DNA of 64,000 nucleotides from an uncultured Chloroflexia bacterium (GTDB lineage: Bacteria > Chloroflexota > Limnocylindria > Limnocylindrales > CSP1-4): NCBI GenBank assembly GCA_963828165.1, contig CAWHDR010000001.1, forward strand, positions 2,688,001 through 2,752,000, written 5' to 3'. How positions within the stretch are numbered: the stretch's first letter is position 1; every line of letters begins with the position of its first letter. The notes below the pieces were generated by a model. The model was not told the DNA's origin. It made no database searches and saw only the letters and a list, made by a program, of their open reading frames with translations. This document shows, in pieces, positions 24,866 through 35,642 of this stretch. Made by a program: the position numbers and the translations under genes.

Positions 24866-26236
24866 ATGCGAAGAGCCGGCCCCTTCATCATCATCGTCAT
24901 CGGCGCGCTCGCCCTGCTGATCAACTTCTTCCCGAACCTCCGTCTGCCCGGTTCGACGGCGACGGACGGCCAATGGCGGTTGGTCGAAACGAAGCTCGGG
25001 CTCGATCTCGAGGGCGGCCTGCGGGTCGAGTACCAGGCGCTCCCCAAGGATGGCGTCACGCCGACCGCCGAGAGCATGAGCGTCATCAAGGACATCATGG
25101 AGCGCCGCGTGAACACGACCGGCGTGTCGGAGCCCGTCGTCGTCGTGCAGGGCTCGGACCGCGTCGTCATCGAGCTGCCGGGCGTCTCGGACGTCGATGC
25201 GGTTCGCCGGCTGGTCGGTCAGACCGGGGAGCTCGACTTCGTCCCACTGGGCCAGACCCAGGTGACGGACGGCCAGGTGCTGGACCGGGAGGAATATCCC
25301 CCGTTGTTCAGCGGCGACCAGATCTCGTCCGCCGCGATCGGTACCGACAACAACGGCGGTCTCGCGGTGAACTTCCAGCTCAAGGACGAGGGGCCACAAT
25401 CGGGGGCGCAGCTGTTCGCGAAGTTCACCACGGAGCATGTCGGGGAGTACTTCGCTGTCACGCTCGACGGAGCCGTCATCACGGCCCCGGTGATCGAGAA
25501 CGCCATCCCGAATGGGCAGGTCCAGATCAGCGCCGGGGGGATCGGCGGGTTCCCGCCCGCCGAGGCGAACGAGCTCGTCACGGTCCTGAAGTTCGGCTCA
25601 CTGCCGTTCAAGGTCCAGGAGCTGTCGAGCGAGGAGATCTCTGCCAGCCTCGGCGAGCAGTTCCTCAACCAGAGCCTCCTTGCGGGATTCCTCGGGATCT
25701 CGCTGGTCATCCTGTTCATGCTGCTCTACTACCGGCTGCCCGGGCTGGTGGCCGCGTTCGCCCTGATCTACTACACGATCGTCGTGTACGCGATCTTCCG
25801 GCTCGTACCCGTGACACTCACCCTGGCCGGCATCGCGGGCTTCGTGCTCTCGGTGGGCATGGCGGTCGATGCCAACATCCTGATCTTCGAGCGGATGAAG
25901 GAAGAGCTGCGCATCGGCAAGTCCTTGCCGGCGGCGGTCGAGGCGGGCTTCAACCGGGCCTGGAATTCCATCCTCGACTCGAACGTGTCGAGCTTGATCA
26001 CCGCGACCATCCTGTACGCGTTCGGGTCGTCGGTCATCCGCGGGTTCGCGCTGGTGCTGATCATCGGCGTGCTCGTCTCGATGTTCAGCGCGATCGTCGT
26101 GACCCGTTCGATCATGCGCGTCGCCGTCCGCCAGGAGTGGGCCCGCAAGGCCTCGCTGTTCGGGTTGCGCGAGGACGAGTTCGTCGCCGTGACGTCGGCC
26201 CGGCCCACGCGCCGCCCCGTGCGTGCCGATGTTTGA
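24866..26236 (+). CDS. secD: Protein translocase subunit SecD
   Basis: LGLDLEGG, RRVNTTGVSEP, GMAVDANILIFER. Confidence 0.97.
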   Translation: MRRAGPFIIIVIGALALLINFFPNLRLPGSTATDGQWRLVETKLGLDLEGGLRVEYQALPKDGVTPTAESMSVIKDIMERRVNTTGVSEPVVVVQGSDRVVIELPGVSDVDAVRRLVGQTGELDFVPLGQTQVTDGQVLDREEYPPLFSGDQISSAAIGTDNNGGLAVNFQLKDEGPQSGAQLFAKFTTEHVGEYFAVTLDGAVITAPVIENAIPNGQVQISAGGIGGFPPAEANELVTVLKFGSLPFKVQELSSEEISASLGEQFLNQSLLAGFLGISLVILFMLLYYRLPGLVAAFALIYYTIVVYAIFRLVPVTLTLAGIAGFVLSVGMAVDANILIFERMKEELRIGKSLPAAVEAGFNRAWNSILDSNVSSLITATILYAFGSSVIRGFALVLIIGVLVSMFSAIVVTRSIMRVAVRQEWARKASLFGLREDEFVAVTSARPTRRPVRADV

Positions 26237-27458
26237 CGTCATCGGCAAGCGCCGCTGGTTCTACGCCCTCTCGGCCCTCCTCACGATCCCCGGTCTGATC
26301 TTCATCCTCATCTCGCCGTTCTCGGACGCAGGGCTGCAGCTGACCATCGACTTCACGGGTGGCACGCGCTGGGAGATCAAGTTCGAAGATCCGACGGTGA
26401 CGCCGGAGCAGGTCGAAGCCGTGTTCGCCGAGAACGACCTCGATGCCACCGCGGTCAGGACGGGGACCGGGTTCATCGAGATCAAGACCGAGCCGATCGG
26501 GTTGCAGGTCGAGCCGGCGGCCACGCCGTCGGCGTCACCATCGGGTTCCGCCGATCCGAGCAGCTCGCCCGGACCGTCGGCCAGTCCGTCGCCGCCCCCC
26601 TCCGCATCCCCGAGCGCCTCTCCCGCTGCATCCGGCTCGCCCCTGGGGTCGGCCTCCGCGTCGGCCTCGGCCGTCCCGTCCACCTCACCGACGCCCGCTC
26701 CGTCCGCGGCGGCCTCGGCATCGCCGGGCGCCTCCGCATCCCCGTCCGCCTCGCCGGGTGCAGGCCCGGTGGGCAACACCCGGTTGCCGACCGATGGCAA
26801 GCTCGGGGAGATGGTGATCGCGCTCGAGCGTGACCTCGGAAAGATCGAATCGCAGGCGAGCCTGACGACGATCGGCGCGGTCGTCAGTTCCGACCTGCTG
26901 CGCCAGGCGCTCATCCTGATCGTCGTCGGCTCGCTGGCGATCGTCGGCTGGATCACGTACCGCTTCCGGGACGCCAAGTTCGGTGTCACGGCGCTGGTGT
27001 CGCTGGCGCATGACGTCATCGTGGTCGTCGGCGCGTTCGCGATCCTCGGCACGTTCCTTAACGTGGAGATCGACGCCCTGTTCGTGACCGCGATGCTCAC
27101 GGTCATCGGGTTCTCGGTCCACGACACGATCGTGGTGTTCGACCGCGTCCGGGAGAACAAGGCACGCCACCTCGGCGAGCCGTTCGACGAGATCGTGAAC
27201 CACTCGATCCTGCAGACGTTCGGGCGCTCGATCACGACCAGCCTGACCGTCGTCATCACGCTGCTGGCCCTCTTCCTCTTCGGCGGGTCGGCTATCAGCG
27301 ACTTCGTCCTTGCTCTGCTGATCGGGATCGTCATCGGCACGTACTCGTCGATCTTCGTGGCGAGCCCCCTGCTGGTGGACTGGCAGGCCTGGGATGACCG
27401 CCGGCACGGCCGGCTGGCCGCGACGCGAGCCCCGCGGCCTCGCCGCGTCGCGTCCTGA
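26229..27458 (+). CDS. secF: Protein translocase subunit SecF with Pro/Ser/Ala-rich insert
   Basis: IDFTGG, HDV, IGFSVHDTIVVFDRVRE, GTYSSIFVA. Confidence 0.95.
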   Translation: MFDVIGKRRWFYALSALLTIPGLIFILISPFSDAGLQLTIDFTGGTRWEIKFEDPTVTPEQVEAVFAENDLDATAVRTGTGFIEIKTEPIGLQVEPAATPSASPSGSADPSSSPGPSASPSPPPSASPSASPAASGSPLGSASASASAVPSTSPTPAPSAAASASPGASASPSASPGAGPVGNTRLPTDGKLGEMVIALERDLGKIESQASLTTIGAVVSSDLLRQALILIVVGSLAIVGWITYRFRDAKFGVTALVSLAHDVIVVVGAFAILGTFLNVEIDALFVTAMLTVIGFSVHDTIVVFDRVRENKARHLGEPFDEIVNHSILQTFGRSITTSLTVVITLLALFLFGGSAISDFVLALLIGIVIGTYSSIFVASPLLVDWQAWDDRRHGRLAATRAPRPRRVAS

Positions 27459-27497
27459 TCGCGATCAAGCATCACCTCGTGATCGATAGAGGCGCGG

Positions 27498-29285
27498 GTG
27501 AGCGCCGCGTGGCATCCTGAGGACGTGCTGGAACCCCGCTTCCGCTGGAGCTTCCCCGAGACACGGCTGATGGCCCGGGATCTCGCCGACGCGGCGCTCG
27601 GACGCGGTATCGGGGAGCGGATGACGGGCCTGCTCGCGCGGCGAGGGGTGACGGACGCGGCGGGCCTGGATGCCTGGTTCGCCGATCCCATGGACGGCTT
27701 GCACGACCCACGTCTCCTGCCCGATGCCGATCGGTTGCTCGCTCGCCTGGCCATGGCACGCGAGCGATCGGAGCGGGTCATGGTCTTCGGTGATTTCGAC
27801 GCCGACGGTCTCGATGGCCTCGCGATCCTCGTCCTGGCGCTCCGGCGCTACGGCCTGACCGTGGATCCGTACGTCCCGAGCCGGCTGGACGAGGGGCACG
27901 GCCTCTCGATGGCCGCGGTCGACGCGGCGCAGCGGAACGGCGTCAGCGTCATCGTCACCGTCGACACCGGGTCCAGCTCCGCGGTCGAGATCTCCATCGC
28001 GGACGAGCGCGGGATCGACGTGATCGTCACCGACCACCATCGGTTGCCACCGACCCTGCCGCCGGCCGTCGCGGTCGTCAATCCGCATCGCGCCGACTCG
28101 CGCTACCCGGACGTGCGCCTGGCCGGGAGCGGCGTCGCCTTCAAGGTCGCGCAGCTGGTCCTGGCCGACGAACCGGGCGGCCCCGCGGCCGCGCTCGCGC
28201 TGGCGGACCTGGCGACCATCGGAACGGTCGCCGACGTGGCACCGATCGTCGGGGAAAACCGATCGATCGCGCGACTGGGGCTGGAGCGGATGCGCCACGC
28301 GCCCCGACCCGGGATCGCCGCGCTCCTGGAACGGGCCCGGATCGCGCCGGCGGACATGGACCTGGACACGATCGCCTTCGCGCTGGCGCCGCGCCTGAAC
28401 GCGGCCGGACGCGTGGGCGAGGCGCTGGAGGCGGCTCGGCTCCTGCTCGCCGAGGATCCCGCCGAAGCGGCGACCCACGCGGACGCGCTCGAAGTCGCCA
28501 ATCGCACGCGCCGCGACCTCATGGGCACGGCGGTGGAGGAGGCGCGCGCCCTCGTCGCCGCCGACCCGGACCGGCCCGCGGCGATCGTCCATGGTCCGTG
28601 GCCGGTGGGCATCGTCGGTCTCGTCGCGGCGCGACTGGCCGAGGACGGGTCCCGGCCCGCGATCGTGGGAGCGGAGCTCGGGGACACGATCCGCGCCTCA
28701 TGCCGCAGCGACGGAACGGTGGACCTCGGGGCGGCCCTGGAGTCCTGCGCCGAGCTGTTCACCCGGTACGGCGGTCATGCCGGGGCGGCCGGGTTCGAGC
28801 TGCCCGCCGAGCGTTGGCCCGCGTTCGTGGAGCGCTTCGAGGCGATCGCCCTTCGCTCGGTGCCATCGGATCCGCGGGCCGTCCTCGCCATCGACCTCGC
28901 ATTGCCGGCGCTGGGGGTCGATTACGCCCTCTACCGCGAGCTGGCCGCGCTGGCGCCATACGGACCGGGTAACCCGCAACCGCTCGTCGCGGTCCTCGGA
29001 TTGACGGTGCTCCGGGTTCGCCAGGCCGGGACGGACCACACGTCGATGACCCTGCGCCGCGATCGGGACGTCCTGGACGCGATCGCATTCGGACGGGTCG
29101 ACATCGCTGCACTCGTCCACGAGGGCGACGTGATCGACGTCGTCGCGCGGCTGGCCAGTCGAACCTTCGGCGGGTTCGAGTCGCTCCAGCTGGAGATTCG
29201 CGACGCCGCGCCCAGCGGGGCCCACGCAGAGGCAGCCATCGTGTTGGCCGGCGCGGTGCCTGGACTCGTGGGGGCGGCGTCATGA
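27498..29285 (+). CDS. recJ: ssDNA exonuclease RecJ
   Basis: GDFDADG, TVDTG, TDHH, GTVADV, PRLNAAGR, GGHAGAAG. Confidence 0.95.
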   Translation: MSAAWHPEDVLEPRFRWSFPETRLMARDLADAALGRGIGERMTGLLARRGVTDAAGLDAWFADPMDGLHDPRLLPDADRLLARLAMARERSERVMVFGDFDADGLDGLAILVLALRRYGLTVDPYVPSRLDEGHGLSMAAVDAAQRNGVSVIVTVDTGSSSAVEISIADERGIDVIVTDHHRLPPTLPPAVAVVNPHRADSRYPDVRLAGSGVAFKVAQLVLADEPGGPAAALALADLATIGTVADVAPIVGENRSIARLGLERMRHAPRPGIAALLERARIAPADMDLDTIAFALAPRLNAAGRVGEALEAARLLLAEDPAEAATHADALEVANRTRRDLMGTAVEEARALVAADPDRPAAIVHGPWPVGIVGLVAARLAEDGSRPAIVGAELGDTIRASCRSDGTVDLGAALESCAELFTRYGGHAGAAGFELPAERWPAFVERFEAIALRSVPSDPRAVLAIDLALPALGVDYALYRELAALAPYGPGNPQPLVAVLGLTVLRVRQAGTDHTSMTLRRDRDVLDAIAFGRVDIAALVHEGDVIDVVARLASRTFGGFESLQLEIRDAAPSGAHAEAAIVLAGAVPGLVGAAS

Positions 29286-30521
29286 CGCGGGCGGTTCGGT
29301 CGCGACCGCCGCGTGCCGGCGATCCGTACGGCATCGGGCCGATCGGCACGGTCGCCGCACCGTTGCTCTCGATCGTGGGCCTCCTGCTCATCGGGATCGT
29401 GACGCTGAACCTGCTCAACGGCGACGTGCCGTTCGGGATCGGCGGCTCCAGCGAGAACGGGGGCAGCGGCGTCGGTCCGGACCGGACGGCCGCCCCGTCG
29501 AACGTCGTCGTGGTCCCCGAGGAAGCCACGTTCGAGGGCGCGATCGCCTACGCCAAGAGCGGCAACATCTGGGTCCAGACCAACGACGACGTCAAGCAGG
29601 TGACCTCGAGCGGTGGCGACTCGATGCCGTCGTGGTCCGCGGACGGACAGTGGATCATCTATATCCGATCGACGCGCGAGCGCGGGCTCTGGCCGGTCAA
29701 GGGCCACAACGGCCGCTACGACATCGACGTGCCGGATCTCATGCGCGTTCGGTCGGACGGCAGCGCCGAACCCGAACGACTGGCGACCGGCTTCGTCAAG
29801 GAGGGGCGGCTCGAATGGTCGGCCTGGATGCGCCAGCCCGTCCTGTCGCCCGACGGGAAGACCATCGCGCTCATCACCGACGCCCCGAACCCGGGCGAGG
29901 ACCAGGTCGTGCTGAAGTTCTTCAACGTGGAGACGAAGAAGCTCCGGGCGGCCGGCGTCCGGGCAAGCGGCGTGCTCGGGCATCAGGATCCCGAGTGGCG
30001 CCCGGATGGACGGCATCTGCTGTACGTGCAGAACGGCCGTGACGGTGCCCGCGGAGCACCCAAGATCATGCGCTACGACACCAGGACCAAGAAGGCGGGC
30101 ACGCTCAGCGCGGCGGGCTACATGCAGCCTTCGTACTCCCCGGATCTTCGGTACGTGGCCGCCACCCGGACGACGGTGTTGGGCACCGACGTCGTGATCC
30201 TCGACGCGCGGACCGGGCGCGAGCTGCTTCGAGTGACCGACGATGGCGGCTCGTTCGCGCCGAGCTGGTCGCCGGCCGGCAATGGCATCGCCTTCCTCCA
30301 CATCGTCGGGCAGACGGTGGACCTCCGGCTCGCGGTGCTCGAGGGCGCGGCCCCGGCGTGGACCGTGAAGGAGACCGTCAACCTGACCGAGGTGTCGGGC
30401 CTCGACGCCGCCTCGCGGCCCGACTGGTTCATCCCGCCCGAGCTCCTGCCCGCGACGCCGGCGCCGACCGTGACGCCGAGCGCATCCGCGGCCCCGGTCG
30501 GCGAGCAGCCCCGCCCCGTGA
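29282..30521 (+). CDS. Membrane-anchored TolB-like/PD40 beta-propeller protein (in frame with pyrF in this assembly)
   Basis: N-terminal TM; repeats PSWSADG, PVLSPDG, PEWRPDG, PSYSPD, PSWSPAG; likely true stop TGA 30519-30521 in +1 frame. Confidence 0.8.
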
Positions 30522-31432
30522 TCGCGGGCGGACGAGCGGGGAAGCCCGGGGTCGCCGAGGTCGGCGCCGCGAGCACGTATCTCGAGCGCCTCGGGGCACG
30601 TTCGCGCAAGACCGGCACCGTCCTGTGCCTCGGCCTGGACCCCGACCCGGAGACCTTGCCCGCTGGATTCGGCCGCGATCTGGCCGGCCTCGAACGCTTC
30701 GCGGCACTGCTGCTGGAGGCCGCCGTCCCGTATGCCGCGGCCGTCAAGCCAAACCTGGCGTTCTTCGAGGCCTTCGGCTCGGCCGGCCTGGCAGCCCTGG
30801 AACGGCTGCGCGCGAGCCTGCCGGCGGACCTGCCCGTGGTCGCCGACGCCAAGCGCGGCGATATCGGGTCGACCGCCGCGCGCCAGGCCACCGCCCTGTT
30901 CGACCAGCTGGGGGCCGATGCCGTGACCGTCAACCCGTATCTCGGCGCCGAGGCCGTGTCACCGCTGCTCGAGCGCATCGACCGGTTCGCGTACGTGCTG
31001 TGCCGGACTTCCAACCCCGGGGCGGGCGAGCTCCAGGACCTCGACGTCGCGGCCGACCCGGCCACCGACAGCCCGAGGGAGCGGCTCCACGAGCGCGTCG
31101 CCCGTCTGGCCACCAACTGGGGTCCCGGTGGCACGGTCGGCCTCGTCGTCGGTGCCACGGCGCCGGACGAGCTCGTGCGGATCCGTGCCCTCGCACCCGG
31201 CCTGGCATTCCTCGTGCCCGGGGTCGGCGCCCAGGGGGGTGCGGTCGAACCCGTCCTGGAACATGGGCCGGCAACCGTCGGCCGAGCTGGGGGTCAGCCG
31301 GGCCGCGGGCTGCTCGTCAACGTGTCGCGGGGCATCGCCGGGGCCGCATCGGCGAGCGGGAAAGGGGACCCATTCGAGCGTGTTCGGGCTGCCTCCGCTG
31401 AGTGGGCTGCCCGCCTCCCTGTGCTACCCTAG
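30518..31432 (+). CDS. pyrF: Orotidine-5'-phosphate decarboxylase
   Basis: LCLGLDP, KPNLAFFE, DAKRGDIGST, RTSNPG, VVGAT, PGVGAQGG. Confidence 0.93.
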   Translation: MIAGGRAGKPGVAEVGAASTYLERLGARSRKTGTVLCLGLDPDPETLPAGFGRDLAGLERFAALLLEAAVPYAAAVKPNLAFFEAFGSAGLAALERLRASLPADLPVVADAKRGDIGSTAARQATALFDQLGADAVTVNPYLGAEAVSPLLERIDRFAYVLCRTSNPGAGELQDLDVAADPATDSPRERLHERVARLATNWGPGGTVGLVVGATAPDELVRIRALAPGLAFLVPGVGAQGGAVEPVLEHGPATVGRAGGQPGRGLLVNVSRGIAGAASASGKGDPFERVRAASAEWAARLPVLP

Positions 31433-31465
31433 CCGCCGCAGCCGACCTATCTGAGGACCATCGCC

Positions 31466-31792
31466 ATGCTGCCGACACCCGGACCTCTCGAGCTCGTCAT
31501 CATCCTCGTCATCGCCCTGCTGATCCTCGGCCCGGGCAGGCTTCCCGACGTCGGATCGGCCCTGGGCAAGAGCATCCGCGAGTTCCGCAAGGCCTCCACC
31601 GACCTCGGCGACTCCATGAAGGTCGACACGTCGCCCCTGCCGCCCGAGACGCCAGACACGCCGACGGCACCGACGGCATCGGCACCTGCCGTGGCCCCGC
31701 AGGGAGCGGACCTGCCCGGCGCCCCGGCGGCTCCGACCTCCCCGTCGACCGGAGCTTCGCGCCCCAGCGAGCCGACGCCCGGCACCAACTAG
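31466..31792 (+). CDS. tatA: Twin-arginine translocase TatA/E
   Basis: ELVIILVIALLILGPGRLPDVGSALGKSIREFRKA. Confidence 0.93.
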   Translation: MLPTPGPLELVIILVIALLILGPGRLPDVGSALGKSIREFRKASTDLGDSMKVDTSPLPPETPDTPTAPTASAPAVAPQGADLPGAPAAPTSPSTGASRPSEPTPGTN

Positions 31793-31813
31793 GCGCGCGG
31801 TCCCTCGCCCTCG

Positions 31814-32596
31814 ATGGCCGACGCCGACGCCCTGCGCGACGCAACGAGGCCCGGCGTCCCCTCGTCGCCTGAACCCGCCCCGCCGCCCGCGACGGCGCCG
31901 GACGGCTCGGTCATGTCGCTCGTCGACCATCTCGGCGAGCTGCGGACACGCCTCTTCCGGGTGATCCTCGCGGTCGTGATCGGCGGCGCGATCGGCTTCT
32001 TGCTGGCGACCGACGTCCGGAACTACCTGCTCGACCTGTTACCGGACAAGACCGCCCAGACCCTCGGGCCGGGCGACGGATTTGCCATCCAGCTCCGGAT
32101 CTCGCTGATCATCGGGATCATCCTGGCGATGCCCGTGATCCTCTATCAGGTCTGGGCGTTCATCGCTCCGGGCCTGACCCCGGCAGAGCGCAAGACCGTC
32201 AGGCCGTGGGTCCCGCTCGCCCTGGTCTTCTTCGCCATGGGTGTCGGGATCGCGTACCTCGTCCTGCCGTACGCGCTGTCGTTCCTGTTCAGCTTCAATG
32301 ACGACCGACTGGTCGAGAACGTCGCCGCAGGACCCTTCTTCGATTTCGTGACCACGACCTTCCTGGCCTTCGGGCTGGTGATGGAGTTCCCGATCCTGCT
32401 CGTGGGCCTCTCGCGGGTGGGCGTCGTCACGTCCGATCGCCTGCGCCAGGTTCGGCGATACGTGATCCTCGGGATCGCGATCTTCTCGGCGGTCGCCACG
32501 CCCGGTGGCGACCTCGTCAGCCCGTTCGTCCTCGGCGGCACGATGTACCTGCTGTACGAGCTGACCGTCCTGTTCATCAAGCGCACGGGCCGGTGA
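31814..32596 (+). CDS. tatC: Twin-arginine translocase TatC
   Basis: MSLVDHLGELRTRL, YQVWAFIAPGL, FGLVMEFP, TPGGD. Confidence 0.95.
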   Translation: MADADALRDATRPGVPSSPEPAPPPATAPDGSVMSLVDHLGELRTRLFRVILAVVIGGAIGFLLATDVRNYLLDLLPDKTAQTLGPGDGFAIQLRISLIIGIILAMPVILYQVWAFIAPGLTPAERKTVRPWVPLALVFFAMGVGIAYLVLPYALSFLFSFNDDRLVENVAAGPFFDFVTTTFLAFGLVMEFPILLVGLSRVGVVTSDRLRQVRRYVILGIAIFSAVATPGGDLVSPFVLGGTMYLLYELTVLFIKRTGR

Positions 32597-33498
32597 GCGA
32601 GCCCGCCGAACACCCCCTCTCGGACGGTGCCGAGGATCAGGCGGTCGTGATCCTGTCGGGCCTGTCGGGCGGCGGGAAGACCGCCGCAGCGAAGCTGTTC
32701 GAGGACCTCGGGTACACCGTGGTCGATAACCTCCCCGGCGAGCTCCTGCCGGACCTGGCGGAGCTGGTGTCGTCGGACCTGCGCCGGTTCGCCCGTGTGG
32801 CGATCGTCGTCGACGTGCGGTCCGGGGACGCGTCGCTGGCGCTCTCGGCGATGCGCGGCGCCCTGGAGGGCCGAGGCATCGTGCCGCGTATCGTGTTCCT
32901 CGAGGCCCGCGACGACGTGCTGATCCGGCGGTTCAGCGAGACGCGGCACCGCCATCCCCTGAGCGATCACCGAGGAATCGCGAGCTCCATCGCGGAGGAA
33001 CGCCGCATCCTCGATCCGGTCCGCTCGGAGGCCGACGTGATCGTCGATACGTCCGACCTGTCGTTGCGCCAGCTCCGCGAGCGGCTGTTCGCCCAGCTCG
33101 CGACGACGACGCGTCCCGACCAGCTCGCCGTGCAGCTGATCAGCTTCGGCTACAAGTTCGGGATCCCGCTCGAGTCCGACCTGGTCTTCGACGTCCGGTT
33201 CATCTCGAACCCGTATTACGTGCCGGACCTGCGACCTCGCTCCGGCTTGACCGACGAGGTCCGTTCCTACGTCCTCGATCAGCCGGTCACGAGCAAGTTC
33301 CTCGACCTCCTCCGGGACTTCCTGGAGTTCGCCATCCCTGCATATATCGCGGAGGGCAAGACGCGGCTCACGATCGGGATCGGCTGCACCGGGGGGTATC
33401 ACCGCAGCATCGTGCTCGCCGAGGAGCTCGCGGGCTGGCTCCGCGGGCAGGACACCGGCCCGGTGGCCGTCTTTCATCGAGAGCTGGATCGGTCGTGA
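32593..33498 (+). CDS. rapZ: RNase adapter RapZ/YvcJ
   Basis: GLSGGGKT, VDNLP, RRFSETRHRHP, SFGYKFG, GCTGGYHRS. Confidence 0.95.
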   Translation: MSEPAEHPLSDGAEDQAVVILSGLSGGGKTAAAKLFEDLGYTVVDNLPGELLPDLAELVSSDLRRFARVAIVVDVRSGDASLALSAMRGALEGRGIVPRIVFLEARDDVLIRRFSETRHRHPLSDHRGIASSIAEERRILDPVRSEADVIVDTSDLSLRQLRERLFAQLATTTRPDQLAVQLISFGYKFGIPLESDLVFDVRFISNPYYVPDLRPRSGLTDEVRSYVLDQPVTSKFLDLLRDFLEFAIPAYIAEGKTRLTIGIGCTGGYHRSIVLAEELAGWLRGQDTGPVAVFHRELDRS

Positions 33499-34832
33499 AC
33501 CTGCGCCGCTGGTTGACGCCCGGGATCGGGGTCAAGCGCTGGCTGCTGGTCGTCTTCCTCGGCCTGCTCCTGCTGGCGCTCGCCTTCGCTCACCTGATCC
33601 GCCAGGTCGGACAGGGGCTGGAACCGGGCGGGCTGGCCGGGACATTCATCGATCTCGTGACCCTGCAATTCCTGCCGTACCCGTTGCGCGGCCTGATCGT
33701 CGGGTCGATCGGCGTCGGTCTGCTCGCCGTCGGTGGCTATCGGGCGATGCGGAGCATGACGGATCCCCTGCGTACGTCCGATGCCGACCAGCCGCTCGTC
33801 GAGGTCATCTACCAGAAGCGGTTCCTGGCCCGCGGACCGCGCATCGTGGCCATCGGTGGTGGGACCGGGCTGTCCACGCTCCTGCGCGGCCTCAAGGAGC
33901 ACACGAGCAACCTCACGGCAGTCGTGACCGTGGCCGACGACGGCGGGTCGTCCGGTGTCCTCCGTACGGAGCTCGGGATCCCGCCCGTCGGCGACATCCG
34001 CAACTGCATCGCCGCCCTGGCGGACGCGGAGCCGTTGATGAACGAGCTGCTCCAGTACCGATTCCCCGTTGCCGAAGCCGACGCCTCGGCCGTGGATGGA
34101 CCGGGTCTGGCCGGCCATGCGGTCGGCAACCTCCTGCTCGCGGCGATGACCGCGATCGAAGGCGGCGACTTCGAGGAGGGAGTCCGGCGAATCAACCGCA
34201 TCCTCGCGGTTCGCGGCCAGGTGGTCCCGGTGACGGCAACTCCGCTGACCCTCCACGCGCGCTGTCGCGACGGCTCGGTCGTGGATGGGCAATCGCACAT
34301 CATGCTGACGCCCGACATCGAGCGAGTCTGGCTCACGCCCGACGGCGTGGATGCGTCCGAGGATGCGCTGGCGGCGATCGTCGATGCCGAGCTGATCGTC
34401 CTTGGTCCCGGCAGCCTCTTCACGAGCCTGCTGCCGAGCCTGCTGTTGCCGTCGATCAGGGACGCGCTCCTGGCCGCGACCGCGCCGCGCCTGTACGTGT
34501 GCAACGTCGCGACCCAGGACGGCGAGACCGCCAATTTCGATCTCGCGGCGCACGTCGAGGCGCTCGTGGCCCACACCGCCCCCGGCCTCGTGGACATCGT
34601 GCTCGCCAACAACCGGTTCGACCCGCGCATCGCCACCGATGGGTCGGCCGAAAGCGTTCGCCTCCACTGGCCGCCGCCCGAGATGCAGCCGGTCCCACGC
34701 CTGATCCTGGACGACGTCGTGCATGCCGCCAACGCCCGACACCACGATCCTGCCCGCCTGGCCGCTGCCATCCTGCGTGCCCTGGAGGCGGAGACTGCGA
34801 CCCGCCGGCGGACCGTGGGACGGACGGCCTGA
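33495..34832 (+). CDS. yvcK: Gluconeogenesis factor YvcK family with N-terminal TM segments
   Basis: IGGGTGLS, VTVADDGGSSG, GHAVGNL, GPGSLFTS. Confidence 0.92.
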   Translation: MNLRRWLTPGIGVKRWLLVVFLGLLLLALAFAHLIRQVGQGLEPGGLAGTFIDLVTLQFLPYPLRGLIVGSIGVGLLAVGGYRAMRSMTDPLRTSDADQPLVEVIYQKRFLARGPRIVAIGGGTGLSTLLRGLKEHTSNLTAVVTVADDGGSSGVLRTELGIPPVGDIRNCIAALADAEPLMNELLQYRFPVAEADASAVDGPGLAGHAVGNLLLAAMTAIEGGDFEEGVRRINRILAVRGQVVPVTATPLTLHARCRDGSVVDGQSHIMLTPDIERVWLTPDGVDASEDALAAIVDAELIVLGPGSLFTSLLPSLLLPSIRDALLAATAPRLYVCNVATQDGETANFDLAAHVEALVAHTAPGLVDIVLANNRFDPRIATDGSAESVRLHWPPPEMQPVPRLILDDVVHAANARHHDPARLAAAILRALEAETATRRRTVGRTA

Positions 34833-35642
34833 GTGACCCGCTCGGAACGTGATCTCGTCACGGCGCTGCGGAACGAGCTGGCGGCGATCGACCCTGCCCG
34901 ATCGTGCGACAGGCTCGCGGAAGCCGCCGGTCTCGGCACGGAGGTCGGTGCCCGAGAACCGGCGGTGGCCCGTCTCGCCGTCCGGCTGCGCCGGGCGCGG
35001 GAGGAGGCCAACGCCGCGCCGTTCGATTGGTCCATCGCGGCGGAGCACTGCCGCACGGCGTGGCTGCGCGGCCGGTTCCTGGCCCGCGGTTCGCTGAGCC
35101 TGGCCGGCGGCCGAACCCACCTCGAGTTCGTCGTACCGCCTGACGACGCCCCGTTGCTCGCCGCGCGCCTCCGGGAGGCCGGGTTGCCGGCTTCGTGGCG
35201 GCTTCGGCGCGGTCGCGGGGTCGTGACCTGGAAGAGCAGCGAGGCGATCGGGACCTTCCTGCGCCGGATCGGCGCGGCCGGCGCCCTGCTCGAGCTCGAG
35301 GCCCGCCAGGTGTCCCGCGCCCTGCGCGGCGAGCTCAACCGCGTCCTCAACGCAGAGTCGGCCAACCTCCAGCGGGCCGTTGCAGCGGCCGGGCGCCAGC
35401 TCGACGCGATCGCCGTGCTCGACGCCGACGGGCGCATGCCGGAACAGCCGTACGTGGTGCGGCTCATCGCGGACGCGCGCCGCGAGACCCCGGAAGCAAC
35501 GCTCACGGAGCTCGCGGAACGCCTCGAGCTTCACAGATCGGCCGTCCAGCGCGCCCTCGAGCGGATCGAGCGACTCGCCGAGGCGGAACCCGCGCCGCCG
35601 TCCGGACGCGGTGGCGATGGCATGATCCGTGCCCATGCGTGA
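34833..35642 (+). CDS. whiA: DNA-binding protein WhiA
   Basis: AWLRGRFLARGS, HLEF, NRVLNAESANL, C-terminal HTH; rapZ-yvcK-whiA synteny. Confidence 0.88.
   Translation: MTRSERDLVTALRNELAAIDPARSCDRLAEAAGLGTEVGAREPAVARLAVRLRRAREEANAAPFDWSIAAEHCRTAWLRGRFLARGSLSLAGGRTHLEFVVPPDDAPLLAARLREAGLPASWRLRRGRGVVTWKSSEAIGTFLRRIGAAGALLELEARQVSRALRGELNRVLNAESANLQRAVAAAGRQLDAIAVLDADGRMPEQPYVVRLIADARRETPEATLTELAERLELHRSAVQRALERIERLAEAEPAPPSGRGGDGMIRAHA

Noticed and set aside
29282-31432. TolB-like/PyrF fusion protein
   Set aside because: A single-base deletion near 30497 restores SASSPAP* with a GTGA overlap; the domains belong in different compartments
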